In this document: positions 61,477 to 64,000 of the stretch, in pieces
Layout: every line of letters begins with the position of its first letter
Numbering within the stretch: position 1 is the stretch's first letter
Made by a program: the position numbers and the translations under genes
Assembly (NCBI RefSeq): GCF_031291305.1
Contig: NZ_JARLJH010000021.1
From: Rhodoferax sp.
GTDB lineage: Bacteria > Pseudomonadota > Gammaproteobacteria > Burkholderiales > Burkholderiaceae_C
Strand: one strand, 5' to 3'
Length of the DNA: 64,000 nucleotides
The notes under the pieces: model-generated
What the model was told of the DNA's origin: nothing
The model's input: only the letters and a program-made list of their open reading frames with translations
The model's database searches: none

Positions 61477-62478
61477 ATGCAGACCGCAGAGTACGCCGCC
61501 CGTATTGAAGACGTCAAGCGCCGCGCGCACGGGCGCTGGAGCGAAATTCTCAGTAGCTTGCAGGTCGATGAGCAGATTCTGAAGAAGCACAACCTGCCCT
61601 GCCCGCTGTGCGGTGGCACCGACCGTTTCCAGTACACCGACAAGTTCGGCGAGGGCAACTATCACTGCCGCAGTTGCGGCCCTGGCGGCGGCTTCAAGCT
61701 GCTGCAGGCGGTGAAAGGGATCGACTTCGGCACCGCCCTGAGGGAGGTCGAGCGCTGTGTGGGTACCACTCTTCCTGCCCTGAAGGAGGTTTCTGCCGAG
61801 CCATCAGCCAAACGCATGCAGAGGCTGGCCAAACGGATCTGGGACGAAGCCGTGCCGGTGACTGCCGACGATGAAGTGGATCGCTACCTGCGTGGCCGTG
61901 GGCTGGCACTGCCAGCCTACCCGAAGGTGCTGCGTTTCCACCCAAGGCTGGGGTACTTCGAGAAGGATGCTGCAGGCAAGTCGCGCAAAGTGGCTGAGTA
62001 CGGTGCCATGCTGGCTTGTATCCAGGGGCCAGATGGCCATGCCGTGACGCTGCACCGAACCTACCTCAAGGACGGGCAGAAGGCCGTGGCGCGCGATGCC
62101 AAGAAGGTGTTGTCGGCGGGAATCAATGGTGCTGCCGTCCGTCTGTTCGAAGCCACCGATGAGCTTGCGCTCAGCGAGGGCATCGAGACGGGCATCGCCG
62201 TCCACCAAGCAACGGGCAAGCCGGTCTGGGCCGGACTCAGCGCGGGCAACCTGGAGAAGCTGTGGTTGCCGGACGCCGTGCGTCGGATCTGCATCTACGG
62301 CGACAACGACGCCAACGCGGACTTTGACGGTCAAGCCTTTGCCTTTGCGCTGGCACGCCGATTGAAGAAGGAAGAGAGGCGAACCGGTCCACGGCAGGTT
62401 CAGGTCTTTCTGCCCAAGCTGGCTGGAACGGACTGGGCTGATGTGTGGCGCACGCGAGGGGGCATCCTTCAAACGTAG
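61477..62478 (+). CDS. Zn-finger / Toprim primase-like protein
   Basis: CPLCGGTDRF...CRSC, EGIETG, IYGDND, GTDWAD. Confidence 0.85.
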   Translation: MQTAEYAARIEDVKRRAHGRWSEILSSLQVDEQILKKHNLPCPLCGGTDRFQYTDKFGEGNYHCRSCGPGGGFKLLQAVKGIDFGTALREVERCVGTTLPALKEVSAEPSAKRMQRLAKRIWDEAVPVTADDEVDRYLRGRGLALPAYPKVLRFHPRLGYFEKDAAGKSRKVAEYGAMLACIQGPDGHAVTLHRTYLKDGQKAVARDAKKVLSAGINGAAVRLFEATDELALSEGIETGIAVHQATGKPVWAGLSAGNLEKLWLPDAVRRICIYGDNDANADFDGQAFAFALARRLKKEERRTGPRQVQVFLPKLAGTDWADVWRTRGGILQT

Positions 62479-62747
62479 TGTCGCTTTTGTGAGGGTGTGG
62501 CCGAAAGGCCGCACCCGCTTTTTCAGCATCACTGCGGATGCGGTGGTGATGCAAAGGTTCCCCCACTGGTAGCTGTCAAACCAGGTTGCACCCCGTGCAC
62601 AGCAAAGACAGCCTTGGAGTTTGCGCGCGATTGACTTCGCGCCCTTCGTGGATCGGCTTGCCCGATCCGTCATCGCCCCTTGCGGGGACACGCATCCCCG
62701 CAAAAGGGGCAATGCCGTCCCCGTTTTTCTTTCTGATTGGAGATTTT

Positions 62748-63812
62748 ATGAAAAGCGGACGTTCTCTCGTGAGTCTGGCCCAGGAACTGGAGCGCCAGTT
62801 GCATTCGAAGAAAGATCTGGTGGTTTCGTCGCAGTTGTTACGGCACGACACCAACGATGAAGGCGATACCCGCCTCGTCATCGAAGAAAGCAATGGCCCT
62901 GCCAAGTACGGCATCACGCCCCTGGCGCGGCGCCAGTTGGCAGAAAAACTGAAGATTCCTTATGCGTATTTTGAGCGCATGAGGCATGACCAACCGGTTC
63001 TGCTGGACCGCAACGTGAACACCTGGCTGCAAAGCGAGGATGACCGACGCATGATCCGCACGCTGGACGGGCATGTTCGGGCGGTGTTGTCGGACCGCTA
63101 CCGCCGACTCGACAACTTCGACCTGGCCGAGAGTGTGCTGCCCATCCTGCAGCAACTGCCCGAGGTTAAATTCGAGTCGCTGGAGCTGACAGAGACGCGC
63201 ATGTACCTGAAGGTCGTGACGCCACGCCTGAAATATGAGATGGCTCCCGGTGACATCGTGCAGGCGGGGGTGGCCATCACAAATTCCGAAGTGGGCCAGG
63301 GAACACTGTCGGTGCAGCCCCTGCTGTACCGCCTGGTGTGCCGCAACGGCCTGATCGCATGGGATCGTTCTCTGCGCAAAACCCATGTCGGACGGGCGCA
63401 GGGGGCCGAGGACGATGGCGTCATGGTGTACCGGGACGACACCCTGCGGGCCGACGACAAGGCCTTCTTCCTGAAGGTCCGCGACGTGGTGCAGGCAGCG
63501 GTGTCGGAGGCGACCTTCCGCCAAATGGCGCAAAAGATGCAGAAAACCCTGCATATTGCGCTCATCGGCGACCCGGTCAAAACCGTGGAAGTTCTGGCCA
63601 ACCGCTATGACTTGACGGACACGGAGCGCTCAGGCGTTCTGCGGCACCTGATCACCGAGGGGGATTTGTCTGGTTACGGGCTCGTCAATGCAGTCACCCA
63701 CTTCTCGCAAGAGGTCGAGGACTATGACCGGGCGACCGACTTTGAGGTACTGGGCGGCAAGCTGATCGAGTTGCCGAGCGACGAGTGGAAGGGACTGGCG
63801 CAGGCCATCTGA
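62748..63812 (+). CDS. DUF932-family protein
   Basis: RAVLSDRYRRLDN, ITNSEVGQG, RLVCRNG, YGLVNAVT. Confidence 0.8.
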   Translation: MKSGRSLVSLAQELERQLHSKKDLVVSSQLLRHDTNDEGDTRLVIEESNGPAKYGITPLARRQLAEKLKIPYAYFERMRHDQPVLLDRNVNTWLQSEDDRRMIRTLDGHVRAVLSDRYRRLDNFDLAESVLPILQQLPEVKFESLELTETRMYLKVVTPRLKYEMAPGDIVQAGVAITNSEVGQGTLSVQPLLYRLVCRNGLIAWDRSLRKTHVGRAQGAEDDGVMVYRDDTLRADDKAFFLKVRDVVQAAVSEATFRQMAQKMQKTLHIALIGDPVKTVEVLANRYDLTDTERSGVLRHLITEGDLSGYGLVNAVTHFSQEVEDYDRATDFEVLGGKLIELPSDEWKGLAQAI

Positions 63813-64000
63813 CCGGTCCAGCAGGTCCGCAACAGCCTGCCGACCGACACCAGTTCAACCCTCCTCAGGTCGAGCGGACATCGTAAGGAACGGAACCACC
63901 GGGGCATCTGCCTCGGTGGCTTCTGCCTTCAATGCGCCCAGACGTGCACGGCGCGAATGATCCCTGTGACTTGGCCCACCACAAGCCAGCCCATGCGCCG

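Overview
The whole 64 kb looks like the interior of an integrative mobile element (ICE/genomic island), probably from a Burkholderiales (Comamonadaceae-like) host. No rRNA, tRNA, CRISPR array, att site, relaxase or T4SS gene is recognisable, so both ends and any transfer genes probably lie outside the window. Backbone-type genes are three tyrosine-recombinase-fold proteins (one apparently catalytically dead), a ParM/ParR-like pair, a solo ParB, a DarB-like methyltransferase-helicase, RadC, a Gp3-like/SbcD/SbcC operon, AlpA and DUF1845-like regulators, a GHKL ATPase, a Toprim primase and DUF932. Cargo comprises four toxin-antitoxin modules (AbiEii, MazF-fold, Phd-PIN, frameshifted RelE/HigB), an SOS mutagenesis block (umuDC, MmcB-like, SRAP), a defence cluster (WYL remnant, GHKL-nuclease, permuted papain-like peptidase, NERD, type I R-M, HNH) and a fluoride-riboswitch operon (crcB, DUF190, antiporter, USP, enolase). 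The best candidates for something undescribed are: (1) a GHKL-ATPase/nuclease plus permuted-papain peptidase two-gene putative defence system behind a WYL-regulator remnant; (2) a Cas4-like Fe-S nuclease split into two membrane-anchored halves in a ParMR operon; (3) a four-copy structured non-coding motif with compensatory base changes, plus a separate family of repeated G/C hairpin leaders; (4) a Gp3-like/SbcD/SbcC operon with non-canonical motifs. All family assignments come from motif reading by eye, not database searches.
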